The notes: generated by a model not told the origin, from the letters alone. 34,889 nt of DNA from Salpingoeca rosetta (GCA_033442325.1 JAWQFM010000003.1:607552-642440), one strand, 5' to 3'; numbered from the stretch's first letter, positions 1 to 17,734 are shown. A program made the numbers and translations.

Positions 1-76
1 GAACAACAAAAAAAAAGGAACATCAAGATACAGGCAAACGAAGGTCACAGCACCCTAAAACAACAATGCAGCGCAC

Positions 77-860
77 CCCAGGTTGTTGGTGTCCTCCGCT
101 TGAGATCAGTCCATGGCTCATTCGTGTAGGACGCATATGTCGTCTCCTGTTCATCGAGCAGCCACGCCGCGAAGGCGTTCAGGGTTCTGAAATGGCGCAT
201 ATCCACCACTGACACAAGCACAGCGATGGGCGTGAATGAGTGGGAGGGGTGCATCGGATGCGCATGTATGTGGCCCGACACACACAAGCACACAGAAACC
301 AGGGTGACATGAACGAGAACACGAGAGCAGTCAAAGGCGGCAAAGGACGCACCCGTTTCATGGTATGAAGGATGGTTGCTTTGGATATGTGCCACAAGCT
401 GTGCGCAGCTCGGAAACCCGCCACAGTCACAGTTCACGCAAACAAACGTGTCCCTCGTCTGTTGTGAACAGCATATGCAACGCAACATGCAAGTGTGTGC
501 CAGTTGTGAGCACAAAAAGGTTGTGTGGCTGTGCCAGCAAAGGCAGCGCCAACATAAAACAGGCATTGGGGGACAGAGGCAAGCGCGGGCAAGTACCTTG
601 TACTCGTCTTCATGCGCCTTTGACTTTCGAATGTGATCCTTGAGGTGTCGAACAGACCTGCACGTCTTGTTGCACTTCTCGCAGCGGTGAGGACCAGAAC
701 CACTACCAACGTTGACAACTTGCACCAAGGCCAGAAGGGATGGGATTTCGGTGAGGTCGTGTGTGACCTTGATGTGGTCGATCAGCCGTGAGACATTGCC
801 GGTGGCCTCAGTGAAGCTGCAAGCGACGTGGGGACATTGCCTCGTCAAGGTCGCGCTCAT
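77..860 (-). CDS. C2H2 zinc-finger protein, 5' part only (continues past the window start); possibly the N-terminus of a MULE/Mutator-like transposase
   Basis: ATG at 860. Exons 860-597, 458-353 and 208-77 have GT-AG junctions and consistent phase. Three C2H2-like fingers (CPHVAC..HIKVTH; CEKC..HIRKSKAH; CVNC..HIQSNH) are followed by HFRTLNAFAAWLLDEQETTYASY. The last donor at 76 has no acceptor inside the window. Confidence 0.75.
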
Positions 861-1026
861 TTTGGGTGGTGGTGTGCAGTGGGAAATGGCCGTTTCAAGA
901 AGGAAGCGCGAGTTGGCGGGTGGTTGGAGGGGGCCTTTGCAAGTGCAATTCAGCGCTGCAACATGTGCCGTCGTCAGGTGCAGCGGTTCTTGGGAATGTC
1001 TTGACACAGTGCTCAAAACTCCCACA

Positions 1027-1062
1027 ATTTGGCACTCGGGTCGCCGATTTGGCACTTGGGTC
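1027..1062. repeat. Direct repeat with 20-bp period (ATTTGGCACTYGGGTC x2), candidate transposon subterminal repeat
   Basis: ATTTGGCACTCGGGTC at 1027-1042 and ATTTGGCACTTGGGTC at 1047-1062 (15/16 identical), followed by CCCCTCC. Confidence 0.6.
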
Positions 1063-1481
1063 CCCCTCCATGATATCGTACCCAACAGCATAAAGTGCAG
1101 TCGTGCTTGCTTGCATTTTGTGTGGTGCAATTTGCAAACCGAGGTGAGGACGCAAGCACGGATATGCGCGCAAGCAACAACGAGCCAGCCAGCCAGCCAG
1201 TGAATGAATGCTTGCTTGTGGTGTGCCTGCAAGAAGCGTGTGTGTGCACGCGTGTGCATGTGTGCTCTGTGTATCTCACCCTGTCACGCACACTCACACA
1301 CTCACACACTCACACACTCTGACACACACCCTTCCTTCTCTCACGTTGTGGACCGTCTTATCTTGGCTTACATCCACTGCGTTGGTCAACATGCCTGTCG
1401 TATCTCCTCCACCCACCAGCATTCAACTCAAGTTTAGCCGCGTCCAGAACAACACCCTTCTTAAAGCCCTTCAACGTCGTC

Positions 1482-3704
1482 ATGATGATGCTTCGTGGCC
1501 ACCGGGCGTGCCGCAGCCTCGCCCGCCAAGTCACTCAGGTTGGCTCACAAAGAGTGGCCTTTGTTGTTCCTGTGCCGCTTGCACTGCTGTCGTGAACACC
1601 TCCTGCGTCAACCAAATGCTTGTGTGTACTCTTTCTGCACAGTCTCCCCCCCCCCCTTTTTCACAGCTCCCTGTTAAGTTTTCACTGTGCTCATGGTCTC
1701 TCTACGTCGCTGCCATGGTCGACCACTCCAACGCTCATCGCCCGCTCCAACGCCCACCCAACAACACCACAGGTCCGTCAGCTCAACTTGCACGAGTACC
1801 AGAGCAAAGGCCTCATGCAGAAGCACGGCGTGACAGTGCAGCGTTTCCGATTTGCAGAGACACCCGAACAAGCCGAGGAAGGCGCCCGTGATCTTGGTTT
1901 GTGCACTGCACTGCTCACGCCTGCCGCACATAACCGACCACACACGCACACACACGCACACACACACACACACACATCAACACACCCGCACACACACGCA
2001 CACACACGCACATCAACGCACACACACACACACACATCAACACACACACACACACACGCACTCACTCACACTCCCAACACATGAATGTACTCACGCTCAC
2101 ACTCGAAACAACCGCATCAACGTAACCGGGCCCCTTTCCCGCTGCTGTCGCTGGTGTTTGTCGGGATAGCGGCGCGCGAGTACGTGCTCAAGGCACAAGT
2201 GCACGCTGGTGGTCGCGGCAAGGGCACGTTCAGCAGCGGGCTTCAGGGCGGCGTCAAGCTCACCACAGAGTCAGTCGCGTGCACGCTGTCTCTTGTTGCT
2301 TTTTGTCGCGTCACTATCTTCTCCCAACTGCCCTCAACTGTCAACTGACTGCATGCATGCGTGCACGCACACACGCATGCAGCCGTGGAACTGGTGTTAC
2401 ATCTGTGTATGTGCCTCGCTGCCAGCTTGCACCAGCGTACATCCCCTCTCCACCCCCTGCTACTGCTCACTGCTCACTGCTCACCTCCCCCATTCTCTTT
2501 CCCTTGTGCTCGCACGCACGTGCGCAGCCCTAAGCAGGTGAAGGAGTATGCCAGCCAGATGCTGGGCTACAAGCTCGTGACGAAGCAGACCCCGCCCGAC
2601 GGTGTGCTTGTGAGCAAGCTCATGGTTGCCGAGGCGCTGGACATTGCGCGGGAAACGTACTTTGCCATCCTGATGGACCGCGACTCAAACGGGCCCGTGA
2701 TGGTTGCCTCTCCCGAGGGCGGCGTGGACATTGAGGAGGTTGCCGCCAAAACCCCAGAGCTCATCTTCAAGGAGCCAATCGACATTGTCAAGGGCGTGAC
2801 TGAGGAGCAGCTCGACCGCCTTGCTATCAACCTGCGCTTCGAGGGCCAGCAGTTCCATGACGTACGTGGTCGCAGGTGCACGCGTGCCTGCACGTGTACG
2901 TGTGCGTATGTGCATGTACGTGCGTGTGTATGCAAGCTTTGTATCGCGTTCTCTTTACATGTTAGGTGCATGCCAGTCAGTAGTGAGCGTGTGATTGACA
3001 CCCTCTTACCACGTCTAAGGCATTCCACTCACATTCCCCCCACCACCAATTCCTGTTCCACTCCATCGCCCCCTCTTGGTCCTCAACAGGCGAAGGAGCA
3101 GATGCGTAAGCTGTACGAGCTCTTCCTCGCCGTCGACGCAACGCAGGTCGAGATCAACCCCTTTGCCGAGACCCCAGACGGACAGGGTGCGTTGCCTGCA
3201 GCCACATGTAGAGCGTCCAATGTCTACAATCTGTGTGATTGCACAGTTGGGTTCTGTTTGTTCGAATGTGTGGTTGGTTTGCCCTTTGTGTGCACGCGCT
3301 GTTGCTCATCTGTTCAATTCCAGCTTCGCCACTGCCACTGCCCACCCTCACACGTCCACACCAACCACATCAATTCACACTCCAAACCGCACCAATGACA
3401 AATCCCAACGTGCCCAGTCGTGTGCTTTGATGCGAAGATCAACTTTGACGACAACGCGGCGTTCCGGCAGCAGGAGATCTTTGCCATGCGCGACACGACG
3501 GAGGAGGACCCGCGCGACGTCGAGGCCGACAAGCACGGCCTCAACTACATTGGCATGGACGGCAACATCGCCTGCCTCGGTCCGTGCCCACCCGCAGTTC
3601 GAAAGCAGAACGAGGGTTGGGATTGGGGGTTGGGGGTTGGGGTTGGATGGTGATGCGGTGTGGCTGCGTGTGTGTGTGTGTGTGTCTGTGTCTGTGTCTG
3701 TGTC

Positions 3705-3743
<39 letters not shown>

Positions 3744-4819
3744 CTGTGTCTTTGTTCTGTTTGTGTGTGTGTGTGTATGTGTGTGTGGCTGCTGTGTCTT
3801 TGTTCTGTTTGTATGTGTGTGTGTGTGTCTGTCTTTGTCTCCCTGTCTTCTTTTGTCTCATTCACTCAAGCACACTCGCACACATACGCTCTCCCTTCTG
3901 CCCACCGCGCCTCGCGCCTTGCCGCTGCAGTGAACGGGGCCGGGCTTGCGATGGCGACGATGGACATCATCAAGCTGCACGGCGGCGAGCCAGCAAACTT
4001 CCTCGACTGCGGCGGCGGCGTCACAGAGGACATGGTGCGGTGGTTGTGGTCTTGGTGGTGAGGAGCTGTGGTGGTTGTGATTGTGATTGCGGTCTTGGTG
4101 GTGAAGAGCTGTGGTGGTGAAGGAAGACAATCGGGGACAAACGAGCCGAGTGCTGGCTGGAGTGGGGGTGAGGGCTGTGCGTGTGCTGGATGCGCTGTCG
4201 TTGAAAATTCCAGTCCAGTAGCATCTTCGTCCTCGCTTCTGCGCAGCGATACCCCATTCACCATGACCTCCCACGTCACCAACACCTCTCCTCACCCCTC
4301 CCATGTACACCCATCTCAGGTGACGAGCGCATTCAAGCTCCTGACAGGCGACAAGCAAGTTGAGGCCATCCTTGTGAACATCTTTGGCGGCATTGTGAAC
4401 TGCGCCACCATTGCCAACGGCATTGTCAGCGCGTGCAAGAACGTGGAGCTGCAAGTTCCGCTCGTTGTCCGTCTTGAAGGTGCGGTAGGGGTCCAAGTTA
4501 TACGTTTGCAGCTGACCTTGCATCGTGTCGCGGTGTGATGCGGGAGCTTTGACAGCACACTCATGCACACGTGTTCACGTGACTGTTCGCAATCCACCCA
4601 CAACTCAACACGCATACGCATGCACACATACGCATGCACACTCACGCACACATACACATACACATACACATATCAACCATAACACGCCCTGCAGGCACAA
4701 ACGTGGAGAAGGCACGCCAGGTGCTGAAGGAGTCTGGTCTTCCGATCATCACAGCCACGGACCTTGATGACGCCGCTAAGCGCGCTGTCGAGGCCGCGGC
4801 ACACGCCCGCGCACAATAG
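1482..4819 (+). CDS. SUCLG2: Succinyl-CoA ligase [GDP-forming] beta subunit, mitochondrial (~420 aa)
   Basis: Exons 1482-1538, 1773-1896, 2170-2269, 2528-2861, 3090-3186, 3418-3579, 3931-4034, 4320-4479, 4695-4819. Arg-rich transit peptide [16 protein letters not shown]. Motifs [83 protein letters not shown] matches the GTP-specific type (the ATP type has GGIMRCD). Confidence 0.95.
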
Positions 4820-5265
4820 GCACCACCGCACGTACACACGTGCGCCCATGCACATCAACCTGTGTGGGGGGGGGTGTGCCTGTCGCTTGTTGTTGTGATG
4901 CACGTGGTGGATTTGGGTGATTGGTATGGTGTGCGTGTCCTTGTTTCTGTCGTGCGTGTACTGTGTTGTCTTTGGCGCGCCCATGTGTACGATGATGGCC
5001 TTGAACACTGCCTTTGTTGGTTAGTTGTCAATGGATGATGGCTGCATTTGCTTTTCTTTTGTTCAACAGTAAACCCCCCCGTGTGCCAGCCAACACCATG
5101 CAACGTTGACATCAAAGAGAGGCCGCAGCAGCTTTGAACCGCACACCCTCCCCCCCCCCCCTCAACGCTGTGTTCAAACGCAGCCCTTCTCTTGGGTTTA
5201 TTGTGGCCATTTCCCATACATTTCAGTTAAATACGACTACTGCCAGCAGCACCGCAAAGGAAAGG

Positions 5266-9068
<3,803 letters not shown>

Positions 9069-9154
9069 GGCCGTTGAGCGCAACCAAAGGGCCTGACTCC
9101 CTGCAATGGGTGTTTTCGGTTGTTTGTTTGTTTGTGTGTTTGTTTGTGTGTGTG

Positions 9155-9189
<35 letters not shown>

Positions 9190-9581
9190 GTTTGTTTGTG
9201 TGTGTGTGTGTTTGAACATGTGCGAGTGTTTTGTTTGAAAGTTTGTGTGCAAGGGTGTGAGTGGAAGTTTTGGTGGTGTGCATACGTGTGTATGTGTGTG
9301 TGTAACTTGAGAAGCAGACCGCATGGTAGAACAGGAGAGCCGTGAGTTGAGCAAGCCACAAGCCAGGCAGAAGTCCAACAAAGTTGGAGGAGGAAGCGGT
9401 GGTGGCACATGATGTGACACATACCTTGCTTGCTTCTTTTGCTCGTTTGCTTGTTGTTGGTGCGACGTCCTCCCAATTCCACGGCAGATAATGACGATTT
9501 GTGAAGGATGCCCGTGATTTTCGTCTCTGCAAACAACGAACAGCAACAAGGCGCTCGCTCGCTGCACGGGAACCAACCACG

Positions 9582-12444
9582 ATGATGTCTGAGGACGAGG
9601 GCAGGACGACGGGCATGAGCGAAGAGGGAAAGGAGCGTGCAGAGGCCAGTGGTGCACAGGAGGCTGCAGAGGCAAGTCGTGCACAGGAGGCTGCAGATAG
9701 TGCAGCAAGTGCTGCGACAACCGCCGACAACGACAAGAACAACAGTGGTGACCAAGCGTCGACAACAGAAGCTGACACAGAGAACAGCGAACACGATGCC
9801 GGTGCGACGACGGATACAGCTACAGCACCAGAGTCCAGCAGCAAGCAAAGCGGTGCGTGCGTGTGCGTGGGAAGGTGCCATTGTGCCTTGTTGTCAGTTT
9901 TACAGTGCGAGTGTGTATGTGTATGCGTGTGTGTAACTTCACCAGCTCAGCAGGAATGTACGTTTGCTCAATGTGAGGAAGTGTCCTGGTGTGGTCGCGT
10001 AAGGGTTTAACTTGCAGTTGCCCGCTCTTACGTGCCCCACTGAACATGCACGCACACCCACCCAAGTACATTCACTCATACTCACACACACACACACACT
10101 CACACGCTCATATGATCTCACGCAATCACACACACACACACCCATTGTCCCACACCGTGTCCATTCTCTGCTTCCCAACATCATTGCCACGTTCACAGCC
10201 GAGACGCTGGAGGCACTCTTCAACGATGACGACGATGGCGACGATGACGATGATGATGTGGCGATGAAGAAACCCTCGACAAAGGCCGTGGGCCCTCTGG
10301 AGAGCGATGAAGAGGAAGATGACGAGCAAGCGCAAGCAGAAGCCACCCAAGAACCAAGCAACAAAGACCAGGACAGGCCTGTCTCCCCTACACCTGCACT
10401 GAGGTACGAGTGTGTATGCGTGCGTGCGTGTATGTATGTGTGTGTGTGTGTGTGCGCGCGTGCGCGTGCATGTCTCTCATTGATTTGCAGGTTGCCCGCG
10501 CACCCATGCACTGCACTCTAGACCTCATCCTCCCCCCCCCCACACACACACCACCCATGCACAGCCCGTCGCCTGTTGCCGAGTCAGCGCCTGCCGCAAG
10601 TGCGCGCGATCTGATTGGCGATGTCTCCGAGGATGACGACGACGACACCAATGCGTTTGGTATGGGCGGGTCGCAGACGATGATGATGACTGGCGAGGAC
10701 GAGGCGCCTGTGCTGAAGCCACGCGACCCGGTGTACGCACCATGTTTCCTCAAGCACATTGGCTCCAAGATTTACCTCGCCAAGATGCCAAACTTCATCA
10801 GCATCAACCCAAAGTCCGTTTGCGCGCGACCGTGTTTCCATGCATTTTGACATGAACATGTTTGCTAGTTCACGAGTGTGTTGATGTGTATGTGTGTGTA
10901 TGTGTGTGTTTGTGTGTGTGTGTGTACGTGTGTGTTTGTGTGTGCGTGTTGATGTGTGTTTGTGTGTGCGTGTGTGTTCGCGCCTCTATCGGCCAATTTG
11001 GCTGGCTGTTTGTGACTGCATGCCGTGTGCGTGTAACACGCGCGATGACACGTGCGTTGTACCAATCATACCATGTTCCTCACCACCTCCGCTACCACCA
11101 CCTGCAGGCCGTTTGATGCTGAGACGTTTACGGCAGAGGAGAACGAGGAGTCGCACGTCATGGACGACCTTGGCCGTCGCCGCGTCAAGCTCAGGGTACA
11201 GCAGCGCGCCCCGCCATACATGCTCTTGCCTCGTGTGCGCGTGCACTTGTGCGTGACTGCAAGAAGGAGTGATTTCAGTGATAAGTGAGTGCGTGGCACT
11301 TCTTGAAATCCCCTTATCTCATCACCGCATCATCACCCCCATCACCATCACCACCATCATCACCAATACCACCACCAACATCACCAACACTGCAACCGTC
11401 CCCCCCCCCTCTTCTCATTCTCTGCCGTGCCAACTTGCAGCTGGAGAACACGATCCGGTGGCGGCGCAACGACGACGGCGCGATGGAGTCCAACGCGCGG
11501 CTGGTGCGCTGGAACGACAACAGCATGTCCCTCATCCTCGGCGACGAGGTGCACGACGTCGTGCTTACAGACCTCGGTGCGGGCGGGCCCGTGCAGCAGC
11601 TGCTGCAGACGCGGGAGGACGGGTCGGGGTATGAGGCGCGCGCACCGTTTGAGCAGCGGCTGACGTTTAAGGCGGCGACGCTGAGCGGACGCACGCAGCA
11701 GCGGCTGATGCACAGCGTGAAGACGCACTCGCGGGCCGTGCGACGCACGAAGACAACGGTGGTGAGCGAGAATCCCGAGAAGGCGAAGCAGAAGGCGATC
11801 AAGGAGGAGCAGGAGGCGATTCGGCAGCGGAACAGGGAGCTGCGACGGCGCAAGAAGGCCAAGACGTCGCTCACTGTCAAGGACCTCGAGGGCGAATACG
11901 GGGTCGGTCGCAGTGGCGGTGGTGGTGTGATGAGATTGGGTGTGATGGGATAAGGGTGGGGGGGGGGATGGTAGCAGAGCGGAGGAGATGTGGTCGACGG
12001 GGTGAGGAGGGGTACCATTTTATTGTGTTGTGTTGTGTGAAGCATTGTGCGTGAGTGTGTGCTTGCTGTACTCACGTACATCATGCTCTCTTCTGAACAA
12101 CACACAACACACACATACAACACACACACACACATACACAAACAAACAACACACACACATACACAAACAACACACACACAACCACGCATACAACCACGCG
12201 CGCGTGTTTTCTGTGAACGTATGTTCCAGTGGAGCATCAACGCCGTCAAGGCCGGGGATTACGACAACGACGAAGACGATTACGAAGATGAGGAGGAGGA
12301 TGATGATGACTTCCTTGCCGACGTAAGCACCCCCCCCCCCTCCATGCACGCCACCCATGTACAGGACATGCACCATGCATTCGCTCCAACATGCACGCTG
12401 CTTCCACTGCGTCTTCACCGCTCATGCTCACGCCGCCGTCTTCG

Positions 12445-12500
<56 letters not shown>

Positions 12501-12622
12501 GTGTGTGCACGTGACAGGAGGAGGAGGTTGAGCGGGTGGAGCGAAGAGCAGCGCCGCGCGCGGCACCGAAAGCAAACAAGCGAATTGTCCTTTCTGATGA
12601 CGAAGACGACGACGATGAGTAG
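9582..12622 (+). CDS. LEO1: RNA polymerase II-associated protein LEO1 (Paf1 complex), ~490 aa
   Basis: Exons 9582-9852, 10199-10403, 10565-10813, 11108-11195, 11441-11902, 12230-12322, 12518-12622. Acidic N-terminus, then the Leo1 domain KMPNFISINPKPFDAETF...LENTIRWR...ESNARLVRWNDNSMSLILGDE, then an acidic tail. Confidence 0.93.
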
Positions 12623-12910
12623 CACGCAAGCACCAGCCACCGTCGCGTGTGTGTGTGTGTGTGTGTTTTGTTTGTTTGTTTGTTTGTGTTTGTTTGCTTG
12701 TCGCTGTATCTTGTTGGGCTGTTTGTATTGTGGTTCTTGCGGTGCTTGTTGAATACATGCTTGCGTGTTTGCTTGTTTGAGGGAGCGTCGTTTATGAACC
12801 AAAGGATGTGTAACAAGGCTTGCGTCCAAGACAGCACTGGCGTGTCAGGGCACGGGCAGGATGAAAGGGGGCACATGCACGTGCGCATCGCGTTGAAGGG
12901 CGAGTGGAGC

Positions 12911-14679
<1,769 letters not shown>

Positions 14680-15140
14680 CCTGCCCTTTCGTCCACCAGT
14701 GCCCGCTGTCGCTTGACGATGATGATGATGTGTGATGATGATTGGAGCCTGCGCTTGCCTGTTGCTGCTGTATTGGGCAATGCGCGCTTTTGAAGTTTTG
14801 GCGCGGCAAGACGAGTGTGTGCTGCTGTGCTGCTGTGCTTGGTTTCACAGCGATGTGATGTGACATGTGACCTCTGATTGGCTTGCTGCTTGAACTTGGT
14901 GGGCTTGTTGCTAGCAAGGCAAGGGGTGCCGTGGGTGGGTTGCGTCTATGGGCTGTTTACTTTGGGTTGAGAGGTCAATACTGCTGGCCCCGTAGCAACA
15001 GCGAGCAGAGGCCGCCTGTAAGCACACACATACAGAGCACAAGTGTAACAACATACAACTTCTGCGGAGCACATCTCACTTCACCACGCCACACACGTTC
15101 TAAAACACGTACACGCACGCATGTACGCGTGGCCCCGCGC

Positions 15141-15281
15141 CTAGGAGGAAGCCGTTTGGTGCCAGTGCTGCATGATCTTCAACAGCGCCATCTGCGCCAA
15201 TGAAGACGAGCAACACCAGTCAGTGGGTGTGCGAGAGGGGCAGAGGATGTGGGAGGGGGAGGAAGGTGAGGAAGCGAAGAA

Positions 15282-15319
<38 letters not shown>

Positions 15320-17734
15320 AGACACACACACACACACACACACATAATAAAACACACACACATACACACACAACCACACACACACACACACAAACAAACA
15401 AACATACAAACATACATACATACACACACCTCCCAGCCGGCTGGGTTTGAGGTTGGTCCAAGAAACTTGTGGAACTTTGGATCGTCTTGATACTCCTTTG
15501 TCAAGTCGCCTTTACGGAACGTGCCTGTGGATGGGCGTGCACATGAGTGTTTCTATGTCGTGAGACCAAGATACACACAAGCACATGCACGCACGCATAC
15601 AGACACACGCACACACTCATGTACACACATGCGTACATGCATGCACACACACACAAGGATATGCACGCACGCATACAGACACACGCACACACTCATGTAC
15701 ACACATGCGTACATGCATGCACACACACACAAGGATATGCACGCACGCATACAGACACACGCACACACACACATGCGTACATGCATGCACACACACAAGG
15801 ATATGCACGCACGCATACAGACACACGCACACACACACACACACAAGCATATGCACATATGCACGCACGGCACCTGAGATGGGACGGCCGTTCTCAAAGG
15901 TTCCGCGAAAGGAGAAGCCATCAGGAAAGGTGAGCGTCCCTGTGCCGTGTCGCACATCATTCTTCCACTCGCCCGTGTACGAGAACTCAACGTAGTGCGG
16001 GTCTGTGCAGTGAAACTCCCCAGCGCCCTCCCGCAGGCCGTTCAGGAACCCTGCACACAACACGTGCGCAGCAGTGTGAGTGTGCGCGTGTGTGTGCGTG
16101 TGTGTGGTGAGTGTGCGTGTGTGTGGTGAGTGCGTGTGTGTGTGTGTGTGTGTGTACGTGTGTGTGTGTGTGTCAGATACGTTTGCACATGCAAAGTGAA
16201 ACGTTGTGTGATCAAGACGCTGCCAAAGAAAAGGAGTTGCTGTTGCATTGCGTGTGGACGTATCCATCCATCCACGCACCTCCCGTGTACTTTCCGACGC
16301 CTTCCGCATAAACCATGGTGCCCTTTCCGCTCGGCTTGTTGTTCTTGAACTGGCACAGGCGGATCATAATCGGCGACGTGTGAAGCATGAGCACCAAATC
16401 GTAGCGTGAGCACCAAACAGTAAGCTTGATATGACGTGAAATGCTGCTATTCATCGCAACCTGATATTGGTGGTGCACAATCACAAGAAGGACACACACA
16501 CACACACACACAACACACAACACACAAGCACACACAAGCACACAAACACACACAAGCACACAAACACAAACACAAGCACAAACACACAACACAAGCAACA
16601 CAAGCACACAAACACACACACTTCCACCGACAAGGCTGACCTCTCCTTCGTACTGCTCGCCGTTGGCAGCCTTGAGCACGCCACGGCCTTCCACAACGCC
16701 CTTGACAAAGCTGCCCTGATACACGCTGTCGGGTCGCTTCAGCGTGCCCATGCCGTGGAACACGTCATCCTCCCAGCCACCGGTGTACGTCGTGCCGTTT
16801 GTAAACGTGATGGTGCCTTCTCCGTGCTTCTTGTTGGACCGCCACTCGCCTGCGTGCGCGGGGCCCGATGTGTATGCGCATGTGTGTATGAGTACATGTG
16901 TGCATGAGCGTGGAGGCATGCATATTTCGATGCATGAAGTCGCCTGAGCTCCCTTCATCCAGAGCGTGGAAGGGACGAGCTTACCTTCGTACACGGACTT
17001 GTCTGCTGCAACCAGCTTCCCTTGCCCATGCTTCATGTCCGCCTGGAGTGTTTTGTGTGTGTGTGTGTGTGCGTGCGTGCGTGTGTGTGTGTGTGTGTGT
17101 ACAGTTATATCCCTTGTGAGCACGGTCAAGCAACTGGAGACTTTCAAGCCAATAGCACTTCCCAAGCGTGCGCTCAACACACACACACACACAAACGCAA
17201 ACGCACAGAACACAACCAAAGCTGGGCTACAGGTGCATGCACCAAATACCACCACCAACAACACCAGCAACAACAACAACAACACCCCTGCTATTTCTTT
17301 GGCCAAATTCAGACCTTGAATTCGCCGTTGTACACGGAGCCGTCAGGGGAGGTGAGCTCGCCGCTACCGCTCTTCTCACCATTGACGTAGTTGCCGACGT
17401 AGGAGCTGCCATCCTTTGCCACAAACTTGCCCAGGCCGTGCATGCGGTTGTTCTGCAAGGACCCTTGGTATGAGCCCGCCTTTGTCTCCAGCACGCCGAC
17501 GCCGTGGAACTTGCCGTTCTCGAACGACCCTTTGTACCGCGTGCCGTCCGCCGTCACCAGCTCCCCTTGCCCATGGAACTTGCCATCCTGCCAGCTGCCA
17601 ACGTACTGGGAGCCATCCGCCATGGTAACGCCCTGGCGGCCATCGCTCAGCACATCAATCACGGAGTTACGCTTTGTCTTTGAACGACGAATGGACCGCG
17701 CTCCATCCTCGGCGCCCAGCTGCCTACTTGCCAT
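15141..17734 (-). CDS. MORN repeat-containing protein (~359 aa)
   Basis: Exons 17734-17315, 17042-16985, 16849-16641, 16349-16280, 16050-15874, 15524-15430, 15191-15141. About 10 YxGxW/FxxG(K)xHGxG MORN repeats (e.g. YVGSWQDGKFHGQG, YTGEWKNDVRHGTG). No other domain recognised. Confidence 0.88.
15585..15846. repeat. Intronic minisatellite, ~76-bp unit, ~3.5 copies
   Basis: GCACGCATAC recurs at 15591, 15667, 15743 and 15809 (periods 76, 76, 66) with the shared core CATGCGTACATGCATGCACACAC..AAGGATATGCAC. Confidence 0.8.

Noticed and set aside
861-1259. N-terminal extension of the 404-aa ORF 45..1259
   Set aside because: No protein-like features upstream of MSATLTRQC (ATG 860), and the region contains the candidate terminal repeat.
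1667-1672. Possible 6-nt micro-exon CTCCCT (TTTTCACAG|CTCCCT|GTTAAG) in SUCLG2 intron 1
   Set aside because: Frame-neutral, weak donor, and not needed for the model; cannot be supported without RNA data.
3541-3933. Numerous 'CVCVCV' and 'HTHTHT' ORFs here and throughout the window
   Set aside because: Translations of intronic CA/GT microsatellites, not metal-binding proteins.
9638-9698. 27-nt tandem duplication in LEO1 exon 1 (AEASGAQEA/AEASRAQEA)
   Set aside because: Ordinary slippage in a disordered acidic N-terminus.
15585-15846. Regularly spaced repeats considered as a CRISPR-like array
   Set aside because: The units are contiguous tandem copies without unique spacers, in a eukaryotic intron, with no cas genes.
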